A DNA stretch of 9,938 bases from Halalkalibacterium halodurans (GCF_004376175.1 NZ_SNUY01000041.1:26786-36723); one strand, 5' to 3'; counted from the first letter of the stretch, positions 1 through 7,330 are shown. Notes: a model not told the origin generated them from the letters alone. Program-made: numbers and translations.

Positions 1-23
1 GCAGTTCTAGCTGCATATCCATG

Positions 24-109
24 AAAATGCACCTCGCAAATTGGTATTTTTGGTTGATTCGTTACTTCCATTTTACCATTTTTCGCTAAGGTGCATTTTT
101 ATTTTTTTT
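24..109 (+). terminator. Long imperfect hairpin followed by a T5-A-T8 run. Probably an intrinsic terminator for a + strand transcript entering from the left edge. Alternatively it is an SD-sequestering leader hairpin on the - strand.
   Basis: A perfect 11-bp outer stem pairs AAAATGCACCT (24-34) with AGGTGCATTTT (89-99). Inner pairings add GC/GC, AAA/TTT and TGGTA/TACCA around a loop of about 27 nt. TTTTTATTTTTTTT (96-109) follows directly on the + strand. Frame 1 is open from the window edge to a TGA at 22-24. Confidence 0.4.
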
Positions 110-115
110 CGGATT

Positions 116-205
116 TTATGGCTTTTTGAACAAGCTCTGTAAATAAAATCGCGCCAGTCGAAACCAGAGTAAAATGCCTAGACGTTCATTTCTTCGTTCG
201 TTCAC
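116..205 (-). CDS. Small hypothetical ORF of 29 aa (MNERRNERLGILLWFRLARFYLQSLFKKP) with a GTG start. It may be a genuine micro-protein or the N-terminal stump of a lost regulator gene.
   Basis: The SD GGAGGTG (214-220, - strand) lies 8 nt upstream of GTG (203-205), and the stop is TAA at 116-118. The ORF has its own promoter-like element upstream. It is below the ORF-track length cutoff. Coding status is unproven. Confidence 0.3.
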   Translation of the reverse strand: MNERRNERLGILLWFRLARFYLQSLFKKP

Positions 206-234
206 CGACTAGCCACCTCCGTTCTTTCCACATC

Positions 235-263
235 AGTTTAGCATTAAACTTAACATCTGTAAA
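235..263 (-). promoter_or_regulatory. Candidate sigma-A promoter for the 29-codon ORF.
   Basis: On the - strand the element reads TTTACA (263-258), a 17-nt spacer, then TAAACT (240-235). It sits about 15 nt upstream of the GGAGGTG SD. Confidence 0.35.
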
Positions 264-294
264 TTATTTTGCTCCCTTTCCTAAGACTCAGAAA

Positions 295-777
295 CTACAG
301 TGTTACGCTCGTTTTTTTCGATGGCTTTTTTCTGTCACCTTTATGCATGTCGCTTGTTGCAAACAACACACCCGTTAATGTTAAAATACCACCAACGACC
401 GAAACATATCCTGGAATTTCGTGTAGCCATAGCCAAGATAGAACCATGGCGAGAACAGGGGTGATGTACAAAATAATCGTTGCTTCAGATGCTCCCGCCT
501 TCATCGTTACATACGCAATGGCAAAGTAGGGAACGACAGTAGGAAATAAGCCCAGATATACGACAACCATCGTATGAGATATGTCGGCTGTTTGTATGCT
601 CATCCAAAGACCTGGAGCAAAAAACAACATCCATAAAATACCAGATATTATCGTATACAACGTAAAAGGCAAAAATCCGTATTTCATCAAATACTAAGGT
701 TTTACACGTTCATTAGAAATGGAAAATCGATGCAACGGAGATAACGAAATCACGGACATCCCTTCCATTGATAGGAA
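295..777 (-). pseudogene. EamA/DMT-family transporter remnant. Only the C-terminal EamA repeat is intact, and the N-terminal repeat is missing.
   Basis: The 131-aa ORF (295-690) contains one complete EamA-type repeat (VVVYLGLFPTVVPYFAIAYV...ITPVLAMVLSWLWLHEIPG...GGILTLTGVLFA). DMT proteins normally have two such repeats in about 300 aa. There is no SD in front of the TTG/ATG at 685-690. The same frame stays open for 27 more codons (697-777) beyond a single in-frame TAG at 694-696. Only about 170 nt separate this ORF from the upstream gene's stop and terminator. Confidence 0.55.
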
Positions 778-808
778 CTATCGGGAATTCACCTACAGTT
801 TTCCCATC

Positions 809-857
809 CTTACTTAAAAGCGATCCCCAGTTATGAAGGGGACCGCTTTTAAGTAAG
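809..857 (-). terminator. Strong hairpin immediately downstream of the acyl-CoA-dehydrogenase-family gene. Probably a terminator, but it lacks a clear U-tract.
   Basis: CTTACTTAAAAGCGATCCCC (809-828) pairs with GGGGACCGCTTTTAAGTAAG (838-857), giving a 20-bp stem with one mismatch and a 9-nt loop. It begins 5 nt after the TAG stop at 863-865. No T-run follows on either strand. Confidence 0.5.
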
Positions 858-862
858 CTCTT

Positions 863-2014
863 CTACTCATCAAGTAAGGCTTCCTTTGCTAACATGGCGA
901 TCGTCATATCCTCGCTCGGAGGATTGTGCAAGCCAGCGCGCATATCACGATAGTACCGTTGCAAATCATGATCCATATGCAAACTGTGAGCACCAACAAT
1001 ACGCATCGCTATATCCACGACGCTCAGTCCGTTATTGATAACCGTTACTTTTGCCATCGCTAGCTCCCTTTTCATTTCCTCTCGCTCCAAGTCAGAGCTT
1101 TCATCCCACTGTCTAGCAACCGAATGAAGAATGGTGCGACTTTGCATAAGAAGCATCGCCATTTCTCCGATTTTTTGCTGTACATGGGGTAACGTTGAAA
1201 TCGTTCCGTCTAGTGTATTTGGTGAATACTGCTTCGCAAAGCGAATCGCCTCATCATAAGCCGCCTGACTAATGCCAAGATAGCATGCCGGAATATGAAG
1301 AAGCCAACCTGCTGCTTTTTTCATTCCAGGCTCTATTCGTTCCATAAGCGCTTCTAACGGTAAACGAACATGATCAAGGACAAGGTCGTGACTTGATGTA
1401 GCCCGCATGCCAACCATGTTCCACGTCTCATCAATCGTGACACCTCTCGCGTTCATCGGGACTAAAAATTGCCCCACTTCATTTTCACCTGCAATGGTGG
1501 CCGTCACCAACGCGTAATCCAACGCTGGTGCCATACTCGTAAACGTCTTTCTCCCTTGGATAACCCACTCTTCTCCACTTTTTGTCGCTGTCGTCGTGGG
1601 CTTCCCGCCGCGGGCTGGACTGCCTGTCGCTTTTTCTGTCGCCGCTGAATTCAATAGAATTTGCTTGTTTTGGATTTGCTCACAAATCAAGCGGTACTCC
1701 GGCTTTTTCCACTGTGCAGTAGCCCTCCATTGAAAGATTTGACCGACGTGCCAGCCAATCGACAAAGCTGTTGCACCATCAAAACGGGCAATCGTTTCTT
1801 GATGTTTCATCATTTCAAGCAGTGTTATTTCTAGGCCACCGAAAGTCCTCGGCAACGCTAAGCTAGGATAGCCAATCTTTTTCAACGCTTCAATATGAGC
1901 AAACGGGAACGTGCTTTCCTGATCATGAATTCGCGCCCCCTCTTGAAACGCTGAGGCCACTTTTTTCGTTACCGTAAGTCGCTGCGCTTCCGTCTCACAT
2001 GTCAAAAGGTCCAT
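863..2014 (-). CDS. Acyl-CoA dehydrogenase-fold flavoprotein, 383 aa.
   Basis: The translation has an ACAD-like layout over its full length (GGLEITLLE..., ATEKATGSPARGG...W.I.G.K.F.S, C-terminal ...LQRYYRDMRAG...). I place the start at the ATG at 2012-2014, preceded by GGAGGAAAGACG (- strand). The ORF-track start at 2131 adds 39 residues, has no SD and overlaps the clpE promoter. Confidence 0.9.
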   Translation of the reverse strand: MDLLTCETEAQRLTVTKKVASAFQEGARIHDQESTFPFAHIEALKKIGYPSLALPRTFGGLEITLLEMMKHQETIARFDGATALSIGWHVGQIFQWRATAQWKKPEYRLICEQIQNKQILLNSAATEKATGSPARGGKPTTTATKSGEEWVIQGRKTFTSMAPALDYALVTATIAGENEVGQFLVPMNARGVTIDETWNMVGMRATSSHDLVLDHVRLPLEALMERIEPGMKKAAGWLLHIPACYLGISQAAYDEAIRFAKQYSPNTLDGTISTLPHVQQKIGEMAMLLMQSRTILHSVARQWDESSDLEREEMKRELAMAKVTVINNGLSVVDIAMRIVGAHSLHMDHDLQRYYRDMRAGLHNPPSEDMTIAMLAKEALLDE

Positions 2015-2042
2015 CGTCTTTCCTCCTTCAGTTCCTTCTTCT

Positions 2043-2072
2043 ACTGTAGCAAATCTAGTCACTTCCATCGAA
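2043..2072 (-). promoter_or_regulatory. Weak candidate promoter for the ACAD-fold gene.
   Basis: On the - strand the element reads TTCGAT (2072-2067), an 18-nt spacer, then TGcTACAGT (extended -10, with the hexamer at 2048-2043). It sits about 25 nt upstream of the SD. Confidence 0.25.
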
Positions 2073-2124
2073 TGTTTTGATTGGTTTTCTAACAATATCT
2101 CCAAAAATTTCTTTTTAAAAATCC

Positions 2125-2153
2125 TTGACAACTTTGAATTCCTTCGTTAAATT
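2125..2153 (+). promoter_or_regulatory. Sigma-A-type promoter of clpE.
   Basis: A perfect TTGACA (2125-2130) is followed by a 17-nt spacer and TAAATT (2148-2153). The CtsR operators start 4 nt downstream. Confidence 0.55.
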
Positions 2154-2156
2154 AAT

Positions 2157-2179
2157 AGTCAAAGATAGTCAAAGTCAAA
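2157..2179 (+). promoter_or_regulatory. CtsR operator 1.
   Basis: AGTCAAA-GAT-AGTCAAA matches the CtsR box consensus (A/G)GTCAAA-NAN-(A/G)GTCAAA exactly. A third GTCAAA follows immediately. The site covers the expected transcription start. Confidence 0.8.
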
Positions 2180-2195
2180 TTTCGTATTTTAAAAA

Positions 2196-2218
2196 GGTCA
2201 AAGTTAATCAAAGTCAAA
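2196..2218 (+). promoter_or_regulatory. CtsR operator 2.
   Basis: GGTCAAA-GTT-AATCAAA is followed directly by GTCAAA, the same three-part layout as operator 1. It has one mismatch in the second heptad and a T in the middle of the spacer. It lies in the 5' UTR, 10 nt upstream of the SD. Confidence 0.75.
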
Positions 2219-2239
2219 AAAATAAATGAGGAGGTATGT

Positions 2240-4378
2240 ATGATGAAATGTCAACAATGTCAAACCAATGAAGCGACTGTCACTTTGCACGTAAAGATTA
2301 ATCAATCCAGTCAACAACTTCATGTTTGTTCAAGCTGCTATCAACAGATCGAGCAGCCATTTGGTTTTTCCGACTTTTCTTCATTTGACGACATGTTTAA
2401 GCAATGGATCGGTTCTACTTCTTCTTCTATGAATGGAAGCGATCAACCTGTAAGCTCTATCGCAATGAAATCAAAAACAAATCATAGCGGAGGTGGTTTT
2501 TTAGATCAGCATGGTCGAAATGTAACGGCAGAAGCAAAAGCAGGACAAATCGACCCTGTTATTGGACGTGACCAAGAGGTTGAACGGCTGATCCAAATTT
2601 TATGCCGCCGTACGAAAAATAACCCTGTGCTGATTGGAGAAGCTGGTGTCGGGAAAACGGCGATTGTCGAAGGCTTTGCTCGACGAATCGCCGAAGGCAA
2701 CGTTCCGGCGAAAATGAAAAACAAGGAAGTGTACGAACTTGAGCTATCCTCTCTCGTGGCAGGAACGAGCTATCGCGGCCAATTTGAAGAAAAGATGGAG
2801 CAACTCGTCCGTGAACTAGAAGCGCGGGACGACGTCATCCTCTTTATCGATGAAATCCATATGGTCGTAGGTGCAGGTGCTACGTCTGAAGGCTCAATGG
2901 ATGCCGGAAATATCCTGAAACCCGCCCTTGCTAGAGGCCAATTGCAGATCATTGGTGCAACTACTTTAAACGAATACCGTAAAATTGAAAAAGATCCGGC
3001 CCTTGAACGTCGCTTTCAACCAATCACAGTTAAGGAGCCGACACTTGAAGCAGCTGTTGAGATTTTAAAAGGGGTGCGCCCCATCTATGAAGCTTATCAT
3101 CACGTAAGCTACCCTGATGATGTACTTGAAGCGTGCGTTCGCTTATCCGATCGATACATTCAAGATCGTTTCTTGCCAGATAAAGCGATTGATTTAATGG
3201 ATGAGATTGGCTCAGCGCTCACTCTTACATCTGGTCCTACGACCCTTGATGAACTAAAGGAACGCCTTGCTGAAATCACAAAAGAAAAACAACAGGCGAC
3301 GGCACAAGAAGATTATGAACGTGCAGCCAAACTCCGTGATGAGGAAAATTTGTTGCACAAGCAAATGAATGAAAACCGTGCGGAAAAAACTGAAGTTACT
3401 GTTGCAGACATTCAAGGGCTCATTGAAAAACGGACAGGCATTCCTGTTCGCAAGCTGCAAAAAGCAGAGCAAACGAAAATGAAAGATTTGCACAACCGTC
3501 TCGCTAGACAAGTGGTTGGTCAGGCAGAAGCGGTTGAAAAAGTAGCAAAAGCGATCAAACGGAGCCGTGCTGGATTGAAGCCGAAAAATCGCCCGATTAG
3601 CTTTATGTTTGTAGGACCAACAGGTGTTGGTAAAACGGAACTGACGAAAACACTAGCCCAAGAATTGTTTGGCTCAAAAGAAGCGATGATCCGCCTCGAT
3701 ATGAGTGAGTTTATGGAAAAACACTCTGTCTCTAAACTAATTGGATCACCTCCAGGTTATGTCGGACATGACGAAGGCGGCCAATTAACAGAGCAAGTTC
3801 GCCGTAAGCCTTACAGCATCATTTTGCTTGATGAAATTGAAAAAGCGCACCCTGATGTTCAGCATATGTTCTTGCAAATCCTTGAGGACGGACGTCTCAC
3901 TGACAGTCAAGGCCGAGCCGTCTCCTTTCAAGATACGGTGATCATTATGACGTCCAACGCAGGTGTTGGTGTCAAAAAAATAACCGTCGGCTTTGAGAAG
4001 AATGTGGAAACACAAAATAAAGCCGGAATTCTTGAACAAATCAACCAATACTTTAAACCTGAATTCTTAAACCGTCTTGATGCGATTATTGAGTTTAACC
4101 ATCTCACAGAGCAAGATCTTATGCGAATTGTTGACTTGATGCTACAAGACTTAGGAGACCGTCTAGCTGAACAAGATATATCCCTTACTGTCTCTGAGAA
4201 AGCAAAAGCACAACTCGTTAAAATTGGCTCTGACCGTGCATTTGGCGCGAGACCGTTGCGCCGGGCAATTCAAGACCATGTCGAGGACAGCATAACCGAA
4301 AAGCTGATCGATGAAGAAAGCATCAACGCCATTCATGTCGATTATGATGTCGTTCAACAATCGTTCACTTTCGCGTAA
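2240..4378 (+). CDS. clpE: ATP-dependent Clp protease ATP-binding subunit ClpE.
   Basis: The protein has an N-terminal zinc-finger-like CxxC...CxxC (MKCQQCQ...HVCSSCY). It has two AAA+ modules with Walker A motifs GEAGVGKT and GPTGVGKT, and a short coiled-coil linker. A V-G-F tripeptide (ITVGFEK) sits where the ClpP-docking loop is expected. The SD is GAGGAGG at 2228-2234. The start is ATG 2240 or, with better spacing, ATG 2243. CtsR boxes lie upstream. Confidence 0.95.
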   Translation: MMKCQQCQTNEATVTLHVKINQSSQQLHVCSSCYQQIEQPFGFSDFSSFDDMFKQWIGSTSSSMNGSDQPVSSIAMKSKTNHSGGGFLDQHGRNVTAEAKAGQIDPVIGRDQEVERLIQILCRRTKNNPVLIGEAGVGKTAIVEGFARRIAEGNVPAKMKNKEVYELELSSLVAGTSYRGQFEEKMEQLVRELEARDDVILFIDEIHMVVGAGATSEGSMDAGNILKPALARGQLQIIGATTLNEYRKIEKDPALERRFQPITVKEPTLEAAVEILKGVRPIYEAYHHVSYPDDVLEACVRLSDRYIQDRFLPDKAIDLMDEIGSALTLTSGPTTLDELKERLAEITKEKQQATAQEDYERAAKLRDEENLLHKQMNENRAEKTEVTVADIQGLIEKRTGIPVRKLQKAEQTKMKDLHNRLARQVVGQAEAVEKVAKAIKRSRAGLKPKNRPISFMFVGPTGVGKTELTKTLAQELFGSKEAMIRLDMSEFMEKHSVSKLIGSPPGYVGHDEGGQLTEQVRRKPYSIILLDEIEKAHPDVQHMFLQILEDGRLTDSQGRAVSFQDTVIIMTSNAGVGVKKITVGFEKNVETQNKAGILEQINQYFKPEFLNRLDAIIEFNHLTEQDLMRIVDLMLQDLGDRLAEQDISLTVSEKAKAQLVKIGSDRAFGARPLRRAIQDHVEDSITEKLIDEESINAIHVDYDVVQQSFTFA

Positions 4379-4380
4379 AA

Positions 4381-4411
4381 CCCGCGTCATTTAGCGCGGG
4401 CTTTCTTTTTG
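4381..4411 (+). terminator. Rho-independent terminator of clpE.
   Basis: CCCGCG (4381-4386) pairs with CGCGGG (4395-4400) around an 8-nt loop, followed by CTTTCTTTTTG. The hairpin starts 3 nt after the TAA stop. Confidence 0.8.
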
Positions 4412-4522
4412 TGTTAAGAAGGCATAAAAAATTTTCGTTTTAACTTATACGGTCCTACTGTCGCCCCTAGGCTCTTACAATCGCAGATTTCTTTAGTTGA
4501 TTAAACAGATGCCCGCCATCCA

Positions 4523-4531
4523 TGGTACAAT
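4523..4531 (+). promoter_or_regulatory. Candidate extended -10 promoter element for the exonuclease gene.
   Basis: TGgTACAAT lies about 40 nt upstream of the GTG start. There is no good -35 hexamer at 16-18 nt. Confidence 0.35.
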
Positions 4532-4571
4532 AGAAAAAAGATTTGAACTTTAACAAAGAGGAGTTTTTCAA

Positions 4572-5483
4572 GTGCACTCACCTGTTCTATTGTTAATCGA
4601 TGGCTTTAATTTGCTGAGCCGCGGTTATTTCGCTACATCCTATGGAAAAGACGAAGCCCAGTTACCTCGCAATGAAGCTGGCTACTACATTAACGCATTG
4701 CGGGTGTTTTTCCCAAAACTTTTTCAGCTCATTCGTGAGCACAACGTGACCCATGTGGCTGTCGCATGGGATGTGAAGCGGGAAGATAGCCATAGAAGAC
4801 AAGCATTCGCTTTTTATAAAGCCTCTCGCGGAGAACTGCCAGAAGCTTTAATTGAACAATATGAAACGGCTACCTCACTGTTAGAGGAGATCGGCGTCGC
4901 TCAAGTGACGATTCCACCATACGAAGCAGACGATACGATCGGTGCTTTCGCCTGCCGTTGGGCCAAGGAAGAGAAAGGCCATTGCTTCATTTACAGCAAT
5001 GATCGTGATTTATTACAACTGCTCTCTAAATCCACATCACAGATCATTTCCAGTAAAGGCAAGGACCTGATCTACACAGAAGAGAATTTTAGGAACGACT
5101 ACAACATTAGTCCTGCACAATGGGTCGATGTCAAAGCATTACTTGGTGATAAAAGTGACAACATCCCTGGGTGCCCCGGTGTCGGAGAAAAATCGGCCCT
5201 TCCTTTAATCCAGCAATACGGAACCATTGAAACACTATATGAACAAATAGAAGATCTAGATCCAAAGTACAAACGATATCACAAAAAACTAGTCGCTGGT
5301 GAGGAAAGTGTGATCATAAGCAAGGAACTTGCCACGATTACGACTAAGATTGAGGGTATTTCCTCTTTTTCTTTAAACAGCCTTGTACTAACAACACCTG
5401 CCGATTTGATCATAGACACCCTCGCTCGTTGTGGGATTCGCGTGAAGCTTGCCCCGGTGCAAACAGAGCTAAAACTAGGATAG
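4572..5483 (+). CDS. Stand-alone 5'-3' exonuclease / flap endonuclease, equivalent to the Pol I N-terminal nuclease domain (YpcP-like).
   Basis: The start is GTG, with SD AAAGAGGAG 8 nt upstream. The nuclease-domain signatures are present: LLLIDGFNLL, YEADDTIG, SNDRDLLQL and the H3TH region LLGDKSDNIPGCPGVGEKSA. At 303 aa there is no polymerase domain. Confidence 0.9.
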   Translation: MHSPVLLLIDGFNLLSRGYFATSYGKDEAQLPRNEAGYYINALRVFFPKLFQLIREHNVTHVAVAWDVKREDSHRRQAFAFYKASRGELPEALIEQYETATSLLEEIGVAQVTIPPYEADDTIGAFACRWAKEEKGHCFIYSNDRDLLQLLSKSTSQIISSKGKDLIYTEENFRNDYNISPAQWVDVKALLGDKSDNIPGCPGVGEKSALPLIQQYGTIETLYEQIEDLDPKYKRYHKKLVAGEESVIISKELATITTKIEGISSFSLNSLVLTTPADLIIDTLARCGIRVKLAPVQTELKLG

Positions 5484-5845
5484 ACTTCCATGAAACATCC
5501 CGATGATATTACACGTTGTCGGGATATTACCGGTTAGAGCAGCTGCCATCGATTCAAACGATCATGTTTAGATTATCTAAGATGTCCAGTGATGCCTTTT
5601 ATCATTGACAAAAGAGAAACCTCTAAGGAAGGTGCAGCACCGTCGCCAGCGGTCGTAAAAGTAAATAATCTCTCCCTTGCTCTAGCAAATTTCAAACATT
5701 AGCATCTTGGGCCCTTCGTCTCATCCAGCGGCTAGGTCAGCAGCTGCCCAAACAGCTGAATAGTCGTCTAATGGAAATATGCGAACTTGTATGCTACTAG
5801 AGACTTCTGAACAACCCATCATAGCCAAAACAAGGAGAGGAAACG

Positions 5846-6676
5846 ATGGACTATCAACTTAACTGTGTCAAAAACTATTTGTCTCTCTTGCAATTACCAA
5901 TCAACCAACCGTCATATGATTATTTAGCACGTATATGCCAAGCTCATTTAAGTACGTTCCCGTTTGAAAATATAAGCAAGCTTCTATTCTTTAGGAATCG
6001 ACAAATAGGCATCCCCACAATGGAGCAATTTCTTTCACACTATAAAAGCTACCATTATGGAGGAACATGTTATACTTTGAACGCAAATCTCTTTCGCCTA
6101 TTACAAGCACTGGGCTTTGATACCTATCCGGTGATGCTTGGTGGAGAACACCTAGGAATCATTGTCCAAATGGACGACGAGCCATTTTATGTAGACTGCG
6201 GTGCCACTGCCCCTTTGTTTAGTCCTGTACGTTTGGAGGGGCATGCTACAACCTCGACCCGGTTTGGCCGTGATGAAGTGCTTCTCCAACCGGATGACAC
6301 CCCCCCATTCAATTATAAATATATTCGCATAATTGATGGGAAACAAAGCGGCAACACGTGGTACTTTCATTCTCATGATAAAAAAACTATTAATGATTTT
6401 TTACCTGCTCTTGAACGTTCATATCAACTCGGCACCACATTTATGTCGATCTTAAGATGTCACCTCTATCAGCCAGATCAAAAGCGTAGTGTATCGCTCG
6501 TTAATTCGCGCCTGACCGTTCAATATGATAACGGTGAAACAGTCGTTACTATGCTAGAGTCTGAACAAGAGATCGAAGAGGTGTTGTTCGATGAGTTCAA
6601 GCTATCGAGATTACCAGTCCGAAAGGCGATCGCTGTATTAAAGCAATTGTCTGTCGACCTATTTACAGAATCATGA
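5846..6676 (+). CDS. Arylamine N-acetyltransferase (NAT) family protein.
   Basis: The SD AAGGAGAGG lies 5 nt upstream of the ATG. The N-terminal ...HLSTFPFENIS... and the catalytic-Cys motif YGGTCYTLNANLFRLLQALGF are typical of NATs. His (GEHLGIIV) and Asp (FYVDCG) candidates complete a Cys-His-Asp triad. Confidence 0.85.
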   Translation: MDYQLNCVKNYLSLLQLPINQPSYDYLARICQAHLSTFPFENISKLLFFRNRQIGIPTMEQFLSHYKSYHYGGTCYTLNANLFRLLQALGFDTYPVMLGGEHLGIIVQMDDEPFYVDCGATAPLFSPVRLEGHATTSTRFGRDEVLLQPDDTPPFNYKYIRIIDGKQSGNTWYFHSHDKKTINDFLPALERSYQLGTTFMSILRCHLYQPDQKRSVSLVNSRLTVQYDNGETVVTMLESEQEIEEVLFDEFKLSRLPVRKAIAVLKQLSVDLFTES

Positions 6677-6705
6677 CAGGGTGACGGGAGATGCCGAACA
6701 TGCAA

Positions 6706-6736
6706 AAAACAGGTAAAAATGGCTTTTACCTGTTTT
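6706..6736. terminator. Bidirectional rho-independent terminator shared by the NAT gene (+) and the small - strand gene.
   Basis: AAAACAGGTAAAA (6706-6718) pairs with TTTTACCTGTTTT (6724-6736) around a 5-nt loop. The A-tract and T-tract give a U-run in both orientations. Confidence 0.8.
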
Positions 6737-6772
6737 CGTGTACCGTTACATCCACTTCTATTGTTTCAACGC

Positions 6773-7027
6773 TTACGATTCTTCATCCTCTAGTGTAATT
6801 ACTTCACCATCAACCGTTTTGAATGTTCGCTCATAATTGCGGTGGTTGATGACGGTTCTTGAATGGGGATACGTTTCTTCCTCACCTGGAATCGGGTAAT
6901 CTAGAAATTCAGCAACTACGCTATTCGTGTGAATGGCAAGTACCTTCATTTTATGTCCCTTAAAAAGGATGACTTCTCTCTCTTGTGCAATCGCCAATGG
7001 ATCAATCGCTTGCTTTTCTTCTGCCAT
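6773..7027 (-). CDS. Small conserved hypothetical protein of 84 aa, probably YkvS/DUF2187-like.
   Basis: The SD GAGGAGGA lies 8 nt upstream of the ATG at 7025-7027. The product is acidic. The segment EVILFKGHKMKVLAIHTNSVVAEF...SRTVINHRNYE resembles the B. subtilis YkvS family as I recall it. That family assignment is unverified. Confidence 0.7.
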   Translation of the reverse strand: MAEEKQAIDPLAIAQEREVILFKGHKMKVLAIHTNSVVAEFLDYPIPGEEETYPHSRTVINHRNYERTFKTVDGEVITLEDEES

Positions 7028-7072
7028 GACAAGGTCCTCCTCTGTACCAATAAAAAACCACTAGATACTTCA

Positions 7073-7095
7073 ATACCCTTTTCTATTGGTAAAAC
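7073..7095 (-). promoter_or_regulatory. Sigma-B-like promoter candidate upstream of the 84-aa gene.
   Basis: On the - strand the element reads GTTTTA (7095-7090), an 11-nt spacer, then GGGTAT (7078-7073). Both hexamers fit the sigma-B consensus GTTTAA/GGGTAT. The spacer is 1-2 nt shorter than the usual 12-15 nt. Confidence 0.25.
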
Positions 7096-7330
7096 ATTAT
7101 TTGGAACGAATCTTTACTATCGTATCATAATTCGACAAAAGTGTCTCGATTCCTCCCTTGAATTCTTTCTGAAAACTCTCCATATGTATCAAGTATATTT
7201 AACCCTTCTCAAAAAGAGAAAACGTTTCATTAGGCCTAAAAACAGGCGACTTTTTGCCTTCCAATCGTCACAATATTTGTCGAAGGAGCGGGGAATTATA
7301 TGCTAAAAATACTGAATATTCTGTTTTGTA

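Noticed and set aside
269-529. An 86-aa + strand ORF overlapping the EamA remnant.
   Set aside because: It is antisense to a recognisable membrane-protein frame and has no SD. The same reasoning applies to 5279-5491, 6152-6376, 6520-6705 and 7343-7558, which shadow the exonuclease, NAT and ispA genes.
2015-2131. A 39-codon N-terminal extension of the ACAD-fold ORF as given in the ORF track.
   Set aside because: The upstream ATG has no SD, and the extension runs across the clpE -35 box. The internal ATG at 2012-2014 has a GGAGG ribosome-binding site and gives a typical ACAD length of about 383 aa.
2506-4390. Five antisense ORFs inside clpE: 2506-2724, 2770-2952, 3254-3511, 3785-4048 and 4163-4390.
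   Set aside because: All are shadow ORFs on the opposite strand of a confidently identified gene. They have no ribosome-binding sites, and their translations are low-complexity or implausible.
5497-5525. A hairpin (ATCCCGA/TCGGGAT) just after the exonuclease stop, as a possible terminator.
   Set aside because: The core is only 7 bp, the loop is 15 nt, and no T-run follows. It is not a canonical intrinsic terminator.
7217-7230. A cre-like (CcpA) site, AGAAAACGTTTCAT, containing the palindrome AAACGTTT.
   Set aside because: The left half fits the consensus WTGNAANCGNWNNCW, but the right half is out of register by one base. It falls below a credible match.
6929-7306. A 125-aa + strand ORF.
   Set aside because: Its first third is antisense to the well-supported 84-aa gene. 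The rest runs through AT-rich intergenic DNA. It has no SD, and the product is a basic, low-complexity sequence.
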